Origin: an uncultured Acidimicrobiaceae bacterium
GTDB taxonomy: Bacteria; Actinomycetota; Acidimicrobiia; Acidimicrobiales; RAAP-2
Reading direction: 5' to 3'
Length of the DNA stretch: 64,000 bases
Assembly: GCA_963701325.1 (NCBI GenBank)
Contig: OY969604.1
Span: forward strand, 13,710 to 77,709
The notes under the pieces are model-generated. The model saw nothing but the letters and a program-made list of their open reading frames with translations, made no database searches and was not told the DNA's origin. Every line of letters begins with the position of its first letter. Position 1 is the first letter of the stretch. Made by a program: the position numbers and the translations under genes. Below, piece by piece: positions 18,346-27,731 of this stretch.

Positions 18346-19780
18346 ATGGAACCGTTCGAGACCGTCGTCCGGGACAAGCTGTACATCGGGGGGGAGTGGG
18401 TTCCGTCCTCGGGGTCGGGCACCATCGAGGTCATCGACTCGACCACCGAGCAGGTCATCGGGACCGTCCCGTCGGGGTCGGTCGCCGACGTCGACCGGGC
18501 GGTGGCCGCGGCGCGTGCCGCCTTTCCCTCGTGGTCGGCCACCCCGGTCGCAGACAGGACCGCGGTGTTGACCGCCGTGGGCGAAGCGCTGGCCGAGCGC
18601 ACCGACGTCCTGGCAGATCTCATCACCCACGAGGTGGGCATGCCGCGGCTCTTCTCTCAGCTCGTCCAAGTCGGCCTGCCCCTCAATTCGTTCCGGACCG
18701 CGGCCCAGGTGGCCGAGGGCTTCACCTGGGAGCAGACGGTCGGCAACTCGCTCGTCGTCGCGCGAGCCGATCGGCGTGGTCGGCTGCATCACGCCGTGGA
18801 ACTACCCGCTCCACCAGATCGCGGCCAAGGTGGCCCCCGCCCTCGCCGCAGGGTGCACAGTGGTGCTCAAGCCGAGCGAGGTCGCACCCCTCAACGCCTT
18901 CGTCCTCGCGGAGATCTTCGACGAGGTCGGTGCGCCTCCCGGTGTGTTCAACCTGGTGTCCGGGCCCGGCCCGGTGGTCGGCGAGGCCATTGCCGCCCAC
19001 CCGGACGTCGACATGGTGTCGTTCACCGGATCCACCCGTGCCGGCAAGCGAGTGTCCGAGGTGGCCGCTGCCACGGTCAAGCGGGTGGCCCTCGAGCTCG
19101 GCGGGAAGTCGGCCAACGTCATCCTGTCCGACGCCGACCTGGCCGCGGCGGTGACCGACGGTGTGGGCAAGTGCTACTTCAACTCGGGCCAGACCTGCAG
19201 TGCGCTGACCCGGATGCTCGTGCCACGTGACCGGTTGGCCGAGGCAGAGGACCTGGCCCGGACCGCGGCCGAGACGTTCACCACCGGGGATCCGTTCGCG
19301 GAGGGGACTCGGCTCGGCCCGCTGGTGTCCGCCACCCAACGCGACCGTGTGCGCGGCTACATCGACAAGGGCATCGGCGAGGGGGCGACCTTGGTGACCG
19401 GCGGGGCGGAGGCTCCCGAGGGGCTCGAGACCGGCTTCTTCGTACGCCCGACCGTCTTCTCGTCGGTGACCCCCGACATGGTCATCGCACGAGAGGAGAT
19501 CTTCGGTCCGGTCCTCGTGATCATGCCCTACGACACGGAGGAGGAGGCGATCGAGATCGCCAACGGGACCGACTACGGCCTGGCGGGAGGCGTGTGGTCT
19601 GGCGACCCCGACCGGGCCAAGGCCGTGGCCCGCCGGCTGCGCACCGGCCAGGTGGAGGTCAACGGGGGCAACTTCAATCCGATGGCCCCGTTCGGGGGGT
19701 ACAAGCAGTCGGGCAACGGCCGGGAGTTCGGCGCATTCGGTCTCGAGGAGTTCCTCGAGGTCAAGTCCCTGCAGCTCTGA
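18346..19780 (+). pseudogene. NAD(P)-dependent aldehyde dehydrogenase, frameshifted (+1) near 18760
   Basis: MEPFETVVRDKLYIGGEWVPS...[12 protein letters not shown] in frame 1 continues as (REPIGV)[13 protein letters not shown]...[10 protein letters not shown]...[12 protein letters not shown]...EEIFGPVL in frame 2 (ORF 18776-19780). Removing the G at about 18760 restores [21 protein letters not shown]. Confidence 0.85.
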
Positions 19781-19799
19781 CCCCCCGTAGGGCCGCGAC

Positions 19800-20981
19800 T
19801 CAGAACCCGATCTGGTCCCCGGTGAGCCCGAGGTGGATGCGGGTCGCGTCGATGTAGGTCTTCTCGCCGATGAACACGTGCTGGGTTCCCGTGTAGAGGT
19901 CACGGAAGGCCCGTTCGAGCCGTGAGCCCTCGCGGATCGCGGTGGTGCCGGCGGCAAGGTGGGCCCACTGGCCGATCTCGCGGGCGGACTCGGTCGCATA
20001 GGTGGCTGCCACCCGCAGGTCGGCGCGCATCGACGGGGTCAGCCCACCACCGTCGAGGACCGTTTGTTCCACCTCGCGGAACGTGGTCAGCACCAGGAGG
20101 CGGGCTGCCTTCCACATCGCCTCGTGGTGGGCGAGTCCCTTCTGGAAGGTGGGGCGGTTGACCAGCGCGCCGTCGTCACCCATCCGGACCTTGGTGGCGG
20201 CCAGTTCGGTGACATCGTCGAGCATGCTCTTGGACACGCCGAGCGCCCACGACGCGTGCCCGGCCGCGGTGATCGGGATCAGCCCCATCCGGAAGGCCGC
20301 CGACTCGCCGCGCATCGGGGTCCGCGTGAACAGCTCGAAGGTCCGCGCCTCGGGGACGAAGCGGTCGGTCACGTTGTAGTCGTAGCTGCCGGTTCCCTTG
20401 AGCCCCTGCACGTGCCAGCCGTCGGTGAAGACCACATCCTCGCGGGGGAGGACGGCGACCAGCAGGGGAGGGATCCCGTCGTCGCCGACGACCATCTGTC
20501 CGCCCTCGGTCGGGATGAAGCCGGCGGCCACGTAGGGCGAGTGGCCGGTGCCCGAACCGAAGTTCCACGCCCCGGTCAGCCGGTAGCCGCCCGCCGTCCG
20601 TTCACCGAGCCCGTTGGGGAAGAACTGCCCTCCGGCGGTCACCCGGTTGTCGTGGGCGGTGAAGACCTCGGCGAACCCCTCGTCGGGGAGATAGGCGGCG
20701 CAGCTTGCCGCAGAGGGGAGGTTGGCGATGCCGATCCACCCGAGGGACCCGTCCTGCCAGGCCAGCTCGATCCAGGTCTCGATCATCTCCTCGAACGACG
20801 GCTCGGTCCCGCCCGCCGCGGTGGGGTTCGCCCACACCATGAGCCCGCTCTCCCAGAGGGCGTCGACGGTGCGTGCGGTCAGGGTGCGGTTGCGCTCTGA
20901 CTCCTCCGACTCCGCGGCGGTCACCTCGCGCAGTGTCCGGGCTGCCTCGGGGCCGGTCAGGGTCCGGCTCGGGGCGGTCAC
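19800..20981 (-). CDS. Acyl-CoA dehydrogenase-fold protein (HsaA/flavin-dependent monooxygenase-like subgroup)
   Basis: 393 aa. WHVQGLKGTGSYDYNVTDRFVPEARTF and the C-terminal helical domain are typical of the ACAD type-2 fold. GTG 20981 overlaps the SDR stop (GTGA). Confidence 0.7.
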   Translation of the reverse strand: MTAPSRTLTGPEAARTLREVTAAESEESERNRTLTARTVDALWESGLMVWANPTAAGGTEPSFEEMIETWIELAWQDGSLGWIGIANLPSAASCAAYLPDEGFAEVFTAHDNRVTAGGQFFPNGLGERTAGGYRLTGAWNFGSGTGHSPYVAAGFIPTEGGQMVVGDDGIPPLLVAVLPREDVVFTDGWHVQGLKGTGSYDYNVTDRFVPEARTFELFTRTPMRGESAAFRMGLIPITAAGHASWALGVSKSMLDDVTELAATKVRMGDDGALVNRPTFQKGLAHHEAMWKAARLLVLTTFREVEQTVLDGGGLTPSMRADLRVAATYATESAREIGQWAHLAAGTTAIREGSRLERAFRDLYTGTQHVFIGEKTYIDATRIHLGLTGDQIGF

Positions 20982-21727
20982 ATCAGGCCGATCTGCTCGA
21001 GCAGCCCGACCCGCAGCCCGGCGGTGAACCCACCGTCCACCACCAGGGAGTGCCCGGTCACGAAGGAGGCGTCCTCGGAGGCGAGGAAGGCAGCTGCCGC
21101 GGCGATCTCCTCGGGTCGTCCGAAGCGGCCGAGCAGGTGCTCCTCGCGGAGCCGCTCGCGGTAGAGGTCGAGGCCGTCCGAGTCGGTGATCGACCGCAGC
21201 AGCGGGGTGTCGATGCCGCCCGGGCAGATGCAGTTGACCCGGATGCCGCGCCGGCCGTAGTCGATGGCCATCGACTTGGTCAGCATGACAACCCCGCCCT
21301 TGGAGGCGTTGTAGGCACTGCCACCCTCGGTCCCCTCGATTCCCTCGATGCTCGCGATGTTGACGATGGAGCCGCTGCCCTGAGCGAGCATGTGCACCGA
21401 GCTGTACTTGTCGACGAGGAAGGTCCCCTTCAGGTTGACGTCGATCACCCGGTCCCACTCGTCGGCGTCCAGCAGGTGGACCGGACCACCGCCGGCCACG
21501 CCGGCGGCATGGACCACCGAGTCCAACCGGCCGTGCTCGGCCACCACCGCGTCGAACGCGGCTCGCACCGCGGCTTCGTCCCGCACGTCGAGGACATGGT
21601 CGACACCCGCGGCGACGTCGATGGTGGAGACGATCGCCCCCTCGGCGGACAGGCGCTCGGCACAGGCGGCGCCGATCCCTGAGGCAGCCCCCGTCACGAC
21701 CGAGACGGTCTGGTCCAATCGTCCCAT
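20978..21727 (-). CDS. SDR-family oxidoreductase
   Basis: VVTGAASGIGAA cofactor motif, catalytic YNASK, PGGIDTPL. 249 aa. Confidence 0.9.
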   Translation of the reverse strand: MGRLDQTVSVVTGAASGIGAACAERLSAEGAIVSTIDVAAGVDHVLDVRDEAAVRAAFDAVVAEHGRLDSVVHAAGVAGGGPVHLLDADEWDRVIDVNLKGTFLVDKYSSVHMLAQGSGSIVNIASIEGIEGTEGGSAYNASKGGVVMLTKSMAIDYGRRGIRVNCICPGGIDTPLLRSITDSDGLDLYRERLREEHLLGRFGRPEEIAAAAAFLASEDASFVTGHSLVVDGGFTAGLRVGLLEQIGLM

Positions 21728-21838
21728 CGAGGGTCCCCCTTGGTCGTGCCGCTGCCGATCCGGCGATGGCGACGCTCGAGCCGAACGTAGGTGGGCGCGG
21801 TCGGGCGGGTCAAGGCCGACGCGGGACCCCGTCAGGGC

Positions 21839-22300
21839 TCAGGGCCCGGTGGCCGGCAGCGGTCCGAGCATGTGGTGGCTCAGGTCGCCGACGAGGTCGA
21901 TGAAGTACCGCCGCTCCGTGAAGCGCCATGACCCGCCCTCCGACGCGAACCGGTCGTGGTACCGGCCGGCCAGGATCGGCTGGAGCGGCAGGCCCGGCAC
22001 CGCCTGGAGCACCGTCCAGTAGGACCGGGTCGCCGCCGTTCCCGTTTGCCCGTCGACCTCGAGGATGACGTTGGTGGTCACGTGCTTGGTGCCCGGTGTG
22101 CCGTCGGGGTAGCGCCGGGTGGTCGAGGTGAACATGTCCAGCACTGCATCGGGCCCGGTGAGGGTCGGCCCGGTGTCACCCGACCCGATGGCCGCGCCCC
22201 CGAGCAGATCGGCCAGTCCCTCGAAGTCGCCGCTGTCGATGAGCTCCGCATAGCGGAAGAGCAGGTTGTGGATGGCGGTGGCGGTGGCGGCGTCGGTCAT
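21839..22300 (-). CDS. NTF2/SnoaL-like fold protein
   Basis: ATG 22300. MTDAATATAIHNLLFRYAELIDSGDFEGLADLL...RYHDRFASEGGSWRFTERRYFIDL is typical of SnoaL_4/NTF2-like proteins. 153 aa. Confidence 0.65.
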   Translation of the reverse strand: MTDAATATAIHNLLFRYAELIDSGDFEGLADLLGGAAIGSGDTGPTLTGPDAVLDMFTSTTRRYPDGTPGTKHVTTNVILEVDGQTGTAATRSYWTVLQAVPGLPLQPILAGRYHDRFASEGGSWRFTERRYFIDLVGDLSHHMLGPLPATGP

Positions 22301-22311
22301 GGAAGATGCCG

Positions 22312-23100
22312 TCAGGCCCCCACGGCATGCATGCCGCCGTCGACGTGGAGGATCTCTCCGGTGGTCATGGGGAGGAGATCGGACAGCAGTGCCACGCACG
22401 CCCGCGCCACGACCTCGGCGTCGAGCACGTCCCATCCGAGCGGTGCCCGGTCGGTCCAGGTCTCCTCGAAGGTCGAGAACCCGGGGATCGACTTGGCCGC
22501 CATCGTCTTGACCGGTCCTGCGGCCACCAGGTTGACCCGGATCCGCTCGGGCCCGAGGTCCCGTGCCAGGTACCGGGAGAGCGATTCGAGGGCGGCCTTC
22601 GAGACGCCCATCCAGTCGTAGGCGGGCCAGGCCACCGTGGCGTCGAAGTCCAATCCGACCACCGACGCCCCGGGCCGGCCATCGGCTCCGGCTGCCACCA
22701 GCAGCGGACGGAACACCTCGACCAGCGCCTTGAGCGAGTAGGTGGACACGTGGAGCGCGACCTGGACCTGGTCCCAGCTGGCCTGGAACATGTCGCCGCC
22801 GAGGCATTCGGGTGGGGCATAGCCGATTGCGTGCAGCAGGCCGTCCAATCGGTCCCACCGCTCGGCCAGCCGGGCGCCGGCTCCCGCGAGCTGATCCGGT
22901 TCGGTCACGTCGATCTCGAGCACGTCGACCTCGGTGGGCAGCTTGCGGGCCGTGCGCCTGGTCAGGGAAAGTCCTCTCCCCGCACCCGACAGCACCACCT
23001 CGGCCCCTTCCTGCTGCGCCGAGCGTGCCACCGCGAACGCCAGGGACGCGTCGGTGAGCACGCCGGTGACAAGGATGCGCTTTCCCTCGAGGAGTCCCAT
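22312..23100 (-). CDS. fabI: Enoyl-[acyl-carrier-protein] reductase (NADH), FabI/InhA type
   Basis: MGLLEGKRILVTGVLTDASLAF..., catalytic region YDWMGVSKAALES, AAGPVKT. 262 aa. Confidence 0.85.
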   Translation of the reverse strand: MGLLEGKRILVTGVLTDASLAFAVARSAQQEGAEVVLSGAGRGLSLTRRTARKLPTEVDVLEIDVTEPDQLAGAGARLAERWDRLDGLLHAIGYAPPECLGGDMFQASWDQVQVALHVSTYSLKALVEVFRPLLVAAGADGRPGASVVGLDFDATVAWPAYDWMGVSKAALESLSRYLARDLGPERIRVNLVAAGPVKTMAAKSIPGFSTFEETWTDRAPLGWDVLDAEVVARACVALLSDLLPMTTGEILHVDGGMHAVGA

Positions 23101-23162
23101 GCCGCGCACAGGGTAGCCCGGCCCCGCTCCGGGCCCCGTGGGCGGTGTGCAAGGGTAGGGCG

Positions 23163-23816
23163 ATGCGCATCGGAATCCTGGGAGGGACCGGTCCTGCTGG
23201 CCGCGGCCTGGCCGTGCGCCTCGCCGCCGCCGGCGACGAGGTCGTGATCGGATCCCGCGACGCGGCGCGCGCCGCCGGGGTGGCCTCCGGTCTCGTCGAG
23301 TCGTGGCCCGACCGTGCACTCGCGATCAGCGGGGCGTCCAACGAGGACGCCGCCGCCGCCGAGTTGGTCATCGTTGGCACCCCGTGGGACGGGCTCGTCG
23401 CCACGGTCACCCCGCTTGCCGTCGCGCTCTCGGGCAAGGTGGTCGTCTCGATGGTCAACGCGCTGGTCAAGGAAGGGAAGGAATTCCTGGCCCTGATGCC
23501 ACCACGGGGCTCGATGGCCGCGACCCTCCAGGCTGCGCTTCCAGAGGCCCTGGTCTCCGCTTCCTTCCACCACCTGCCCGCATCGGAGATGGAGTCCCTC
23601 ACCACGCCGATGGACGCCGATGTCCTGGTGTGCTCGGACCACACCGAGGCCACTGCGGCCACGGTCGCCCTGGTCGACCGCATCGAGGGGCTGCGTGGGA
23701 TCGACGCCGGGAGCCTCGCGCAGGCCGCCGCCATCGAGGCGTTGACCGCCGTGCTCATCACGGTGAACATCCGCCACAAGGTGCACGCAGCCCTACGGCT
23801 GACCGGGCTCGGGTGA
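23163..23816 (+). CDS. npdG: NADPH-dependent F420 reductase
   Basis: MRIGILGGTGPAGRGLAVRLAAAGDEVVIGSRD Rossmann N-terminus. Length (217 aa) and C-terminal part are typical of NpdG/FNO. The ORF track start 23145 lies upstream of the likely ATG 23163. Confidence 0.7.
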   Translation: MRIGILGGTGPAGRGLAVRLAAAGDEVVIGSRDAARAAGVASGLVESWPDRALAISGASNEDAAAAELVIVGTPWDGLVATVTPLAVALSGKVVVSMVNALVKEGKEFLALMPPRGSMAATLQAALPEALVSASFHHLPASEMESLTTPMDADVLVCSDHTEATAATVALVDRIEGLRGIDAGSLAQAAAIEALTAVLITVNIRHKVHAALRLTGLG

Positions 23817-23835
23817 GCAGCCGGATCGACTCGAG

Positions 23836-24963
23836 GTGATCCGGCTCTACGACACAGCCCGCCAGGAGGTCGCCCCGCTCGAGGCCGGTCCCCTCGTCAC
23901 GCTCTACTCGTGTGGGATCACCCCGTACGACTCGGCCCATCTGGGACATGCGCAGGTCTACCTGACCTTCGACATCCTCCAGCGCCGGCTGCGCGATCTC
24001 GGGCACGGTACGCGCTGCGTTCGCAATGTCACCGACGTGGACGACGACATCCTGCGCAAGGCACGCGAGCTCGGGGTCCACTATCTCGACCTGGCCGCCG
24101 AGGAGATGACCCGGTTCGACGCCGACATGGCCGCGCTCGGACTCCTCCCCGCGTGGTCTGAGCCCCGGGCGACCTCGGCGATCCCCGAGATCCTCACGCT
24201 CATCGGTTCGGTGCTCGAGTCGGGGCATGCGTACCGCTCCGGAGGTGCGGTCTACTTCGACGTGACCACCTTCGCCCGGTTCGGCGAGATCAGCCATCTC
24301 GGACAGGACGCGATGGTGGCCCTCGCCGCCGAGCACGGTGGCAATCCGAACGACCCGCAGAAGCGACACCCGCTCGACTTCGTCCTCTGGCAGCCCTCCC
24401 TTGCCGACGAACCGTCGTGGGAGTCGCGCTGGGGACCCGGCCGGCCGGGCTGGCACATCGAGTGCTCGGCCCTGGCGCTCCGAGAGCTCGGTGAGACCGT
24501 CAACGTCCACGGTGGTGGGCGCGACCTGGTCTTCCCCCATCACGAGTGCGAGGCGGCCCAGTCCGAGTCGGTCACCGGCACCCGGTTCGTCCGCCACTGG
24601 CTCCACGTCGGCCTCGTGGGCCTGGATGGCACCAAGATGTCGAAGTCCCTCGGCAACCTGGTCTTCGTGGGTGATCTGTTGAAGGAGTGGGAGCCGGCGG
24701 TCGTACGGCTGGCGCTGCTCTCGCACCACTACCGGCACGATTGGGAGTGGTCGGACGGCGATCTGGCTCGTGCTGAGACCCGTCTCGCCGCCTGGCGTGC
24801 CGCGGGTCAGGGATCCGGGCCTGAAGAGGACGGGCTCGCTCTGGTGCGCGCCGCCCTCGACGACGACCTCGACACCCCGTCCGCTCTCGACGCCCTCGAC
24901 AGGGAGGCGGCTGCCGGCCGGCCCGTCGTCCGTGGGGCAGCGTTGCTGGGCGTTACCCTGTAG
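23836..24963 (+). CDS. mshC: Cysteine--1-D-myo-inosityl 2-amino-2-deoxy-alpha-D-glucopyranoside ligase (mycothiol ligase, CysRS paralogue lacking the anticodon domain)
   Basis: CGITPYDSAHLGHA, GPGRPGWHIECSA, FPHHE, KMSKSLGN. The short C-terminus ends DDDLDTPSALDALD...ALLGVTL, as in MshC rather than CysS. GTG start. Confidence 0.8.
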   Translation: MIRLYDTARQEVAPLEAGPLVTLYSCGITPYDSAHLGHAQVYLTFDILQRRLRDLGHGTRCVRNVTDVDDDILRKARELGVHYLDLAAEEMTRFDADMAALGLLPAWSEPRATSAIPEILTLIGSVLESGHAYRSGGAVYFDVTTFARFGEISHLGQDAMVALAAEHGGNPNDPQKRHPLDFVLWQPSLADEPSWESRWGPGRPGWHIECSALALRELGETVNVHGGGRDLVFPHHECEAAQSESVTGTRFVRHWLHVGLVGLDGTKMSKSLGNLVFVGDLLKEWEPAVVRLALLSHHYRHDWEWSDGDLARAETRLAAWRAAGQGSGPEEDGLALVRAALDDDLDTPSALDALDREAAAGRPVVRGAALLGVTL

Positions 24964-25076
24964 GACTGTCGCGATCGGATTGGTGCACCGGCCGCCCCGA
25001 TCCATCGTCGGGGGCATCCCGGGCGTCCACCTCGCCGGACACCGTCGATTCCAACGTTTCGGAGAAAGGCACACCA

Positions 25077-27080
25077 ATGGCAGCCGTCAACGTCCGACTC
25101 CCTGATGGCTCGACCAAGGAGATCGAGAAGGGCACCACGGCGCTCGAGCTTGCTGCCGCGATCGGTCCCCGTCTCGCCAAGGCTGCGATCGCCGCCACCT
25201 TCGACGGCGTGCCGGTGGACCTGTCGGCCGTCGTGCCCGACGGAGCCGAGGTGACCGTCGTCACCGCCGACTCGCCCCTCGGCCGCGAGGTGCTGCGTCA
25301 CTCGACCGCCCATGTGCTGGCCCAGGCGGTCCTGCGGCTCTGGCCGGGCGCGCACTACGCCATCGGCCCGGTGATCGAGGACGGCTTCTACTACGACTTC
25401 GAACTGCCGGGTGGGGCCCACTTCAGCGATGAGGATCTCGGGCGGGTGGCCACCGAGATGCGGGCGATCATTGCCGAGGACCAGCCCTTCGTCCGCGACG
25501 AGTATTCGATCGGAGAGGGTCTGGCTCTCTTCGCCGACCAGCCGTTCAAGCGCGAGATCATCGAGGCGGTTGCCGCCGGCAGCGACGAGGTCGACGCCTC
25601 CGGCGCAGGCGCCAACGGGGCGGCGATCTCGATCTACCGGAACCCGCCCGCCTTCACCGACCTGTGCCGTGGACCCCACGTGCCGAGCACTGGCCGGTTG
25701 GGCCACTTCGCCCTCCAGCGGGTGGCCGGCGCCTATTGGCGCGGCGACGAGAAGCGCCAGCAGCTCCAGCGCATCTACGGCACCGCCTGGGAGTCGGACG
25801 CCGCGCTCGCCGAACACCTCCGGCTCCTCGAGGAAGCCGAGCGGCGCGACCACCGCAAGCTCGGTGCGGAGCTCGACCTGTTCTCGTTCCCGGAGGAGAT
25901 CGGGTCCGGTCTGCCGGTCTTCCACCCGAAGGGCGGGACGATCCGCCGGTTGATGGAGGACTACTCGCGCCAGCGTCATGTGGCGGCGGGCTACGAGTTC
26001 GTCAACACGCCCCACATCACCAAGTCCGAGCTGTTCGAAACGTCCGGACACCTCGACTGGTTCGCCGAGGGGATGTTCCCGCCCATGGAGCTCGACGGCG
26101 GCCAGCGCTATTACCTCAAGCCGATGAACTGTCCGTTCCACGTCCTCATCTTCAAGAGCCGCCAGCGCTCCTACCGAGACCTTCCGCTCCGGCTCTTCGA
26201 ATTCGGCGCGGTCTACCGTTACGAGAAGTCGGGCGTGGTGCACGGTCTGACCCGGGTGCGAGGCATGACCCAGGACGACGCGCACATCTTCTGCACCCGC
26301 GAGCAGATGGCCGACAAGCTCCACTCGACCCTGACCTTCGTGCTCTCGGTGCTCCACGATTACGGCCTCGAGGACTTCTTCCTCGAGCTCTCGACCCGTC
26401 CGGAAGGCAAGGCGGTCGGCACGGTCGAGGAGTGGGACGAGGCCACCGAGACGCTCCGCAGCTCCGCGCTCGGGATCGGCCTCGAACTGGTGCTCGACGA
26501 GGGCGGCGGTGCCTTCTACGGGCCCAAGATCTCCGTGCAGGCCAAGGACGCCATCGGCAGGACCCACCAGATGTCGACGATTCAGCTCGACTTCCAGACG
26601 CCCCGCCGGTTCGCCGCCGAGTACATCGGGTCCGACAACACCCGCCACCTGCCGATCATGATCCACCGTGCGCTGTTCGGCTCGGTGGAGCGGTTCTTCG
26701 CCATCCTGTTGGAGCACTATGCCGGCGCACTGCCCACCTGGTTGGCACCCGAGCAGGTTCGGGTCCTCGGGGTGCGGGACGACCATCAGGGCTATGCCGA
26801 CAAGGTGGCTGCCCGCCTGGCCGCGGTCGGTGTGCGGGTGGGGCTCGAGCCGGCCGACGAGCCGCTCTCGGCCCGGATCCGTCGGGCCAAGCTGCTCAAG
26901 ACGCCCTACATCCTGGTGGTCGGAGACGACGATGTCGCCGCAGGCACCGTCGGGGTCAACCGACGGGGGAGCGACCGTCCGGTACGGGGTGTCCCGGTGA
27001 CCGACTTCACCGAGGCACTCGAACGCGAGATCACCGAGCGGCGACTGCCCGAATCGTCGGGCTCGACCGCCGGCGGGTGA
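25077..27080 (+). CDS. thrS: Threonine--tRNA ligase
   Basis: 667 aa. TGS domain VRLPDGSTKEIEKGTTALELA, editing-site HSTAHVLA, class II core FHPKGGTIRR...YRYEKSG...QDDAHIF, and an anticodon-binding C-terminus. RBS GGAGAAAGG. Confidence 0.97.
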   Translation: MAAVNVRLPDGSTKEIEKGTTALELAAAIGPRLAKAAIAATFDGVPVDLSAVVPDGAEVTVVTADSPLGREVLRHSTAHVLAQAVLRLWPGAHYAIGPVIEDGFYYDFELPGGAHFSDEDLGRVATEMRAIIAEDQPFVRDEYSIGEGLALFADQPFKREIIEAVAAGSDEVDASGAGANGAAISIYRNPPAFTDLCRGPHVPSTGRLGHFALQRVAGAYWRGDEKRQQLQRIYGTAWESDAALAEHLRLLEEAERRDHRKLGAELDLFSFPEEIGSGLPVFHPKGGTIRRLMEDYSRQRHVAAGYEFVNTPHITKSELFETSGHLDWFAEGMFPPMELDGGQRYYLKPMNCPFHVLIFKSRQRSYRDLPLRLFEFGAVYRYEKSGVVHGLTRVRGMTQDDAHIFCTREQMADKLHSTLTFVLSVLHDYGLEDFFLELSTRPEGKAVGTVEEWDEATETLRSSALGIGLELVLDEGGGAFYGPKISVQAKDAIGRTHQMSTIQLDFQTPRRFAAEYIGSDNTRHLPIMIHRALFGSVERFFAILLEHYAGALPTWLAPEQVRVLGVRDDHQGYADKVAARLAAVGVRVGLEPADEPLSARIRRAKLLKTPYILVVGDDDVAAGTVGVNRRGSDRPVRGVPVTDFTEALEREITERRLPESSGSTAGG

Positions 27081-27631
27081 GCCTCGACAGACTCTGGGCC
27101 GGTTGGCGAGGCCCGTACGTGACGGGTGCAGGTGGGGCCGCGGACGGCGAGGGCGACCCGAGCGGGCCCGCGGCGCCCGACGCCGGCGGCCCCGACCACT
27201 GCGTCTTCTGCCGGATCGCGGCGAGTGGTCCACCGTCGGTCGACAACGGGGTGCTCTGGGTGGGTACCACCACGCTGCTCGTGCTCAACGCCTACCCCTA
27301 CGCGAGCGGGCACCTGATGGCCGTCCCCCTCAGGCATGTCGGGACGCTGGCCGAGCTCACCGATGTCGAAGGTACCGACCTGTGGTCGTCACTCCGCCTC
27401 GGGGTGGCTGCGCTCGAGGCTGCCTACCACCCGGACGGGGTCAACCTCGGTGCCAACTTAGGAAAGGCGGCCGGAGCCGGGATCCCGCGGCATCTGCATC
27501 TCCATGCCGTGCCCCGCTGGGTCGGTGACACCAACTTCATGACCGCGGTGTCCGAGACCCGGGTGCTGCCGGAGACCCTCGCCTCGAGCTGGGAGCGCCT
27601 GCACGCCGCCTGGCCACAGGACGCGGTGTGA
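27077..27631 (+). CDS. HIT (histidine triad) family protein
   Basis: CVFCRI...NAYPYASGHLMAVP...GAGIPRHLHLHAVPRW (HxHxHxx). GTG 27077 overlaps the thrS TGA (GTGA). Same position as the HIT gene in the mycobacterial thrS-pgsA1 block. Confidence 0.85.
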   Translation: MSLDRLWAGWRGPYVTGAGGAADGEGDPSGPAAPDAGGPDHCVFCRIAASGPPSVDNGVLWVGTTTLLVLNAYPYASGHLMAVPLRHVGTLAELTDVEGTDLWSSLRLGVAALEAAYHPDGVNLGANLGKAAGAGIPRHLHLHAVPRWVGDTNFMTAVSETRVLPETLASSWERLHAAWPQDAV

Positions 27632-27731
27632 GCACCAGGTGGGCCCGACGCGACGGCGGTCCGCGCCCCTGACCGAGCGCGGGTCCCGAGCGACCAGGTG
27701 GTACGCTGAGCTGGACCTTCTGGAGGAACCG

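Noticed and set aside
24964-25076. T-box or other leader upstream of thrS (spacers before hisS, aspS and alaS also inspected)
   Set aside because: The spacers are 7-113 nt, too short for a T-box. They lack the conserved T-box AGAGA/GNUGGUA-type elements and a terminator/antiterminator pair.
24807-27233. 808-aa ORF on the minus strand, and similar giants: 34628-37567 (979 aa), 45655-48198 (847 aa), 52325-54436 (703 aa), 31304-33079 (591 aa), 38079-39974 (631 aa, plus strand), 5339-6442 (367 aa, plus strand)
   Set aside because: Each lies antisense to, or out of frame with, a strongly conserved gene (thrS, pdxST/yebC, rel, S53 peptidase, pimA/M48, ruvAB, aquaporin). Each has Arg/Pro/Gly/His-rich junk composition. 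Long spurious ORFs are expected in ~70% GC DNA because stop codons are rare off-frame.
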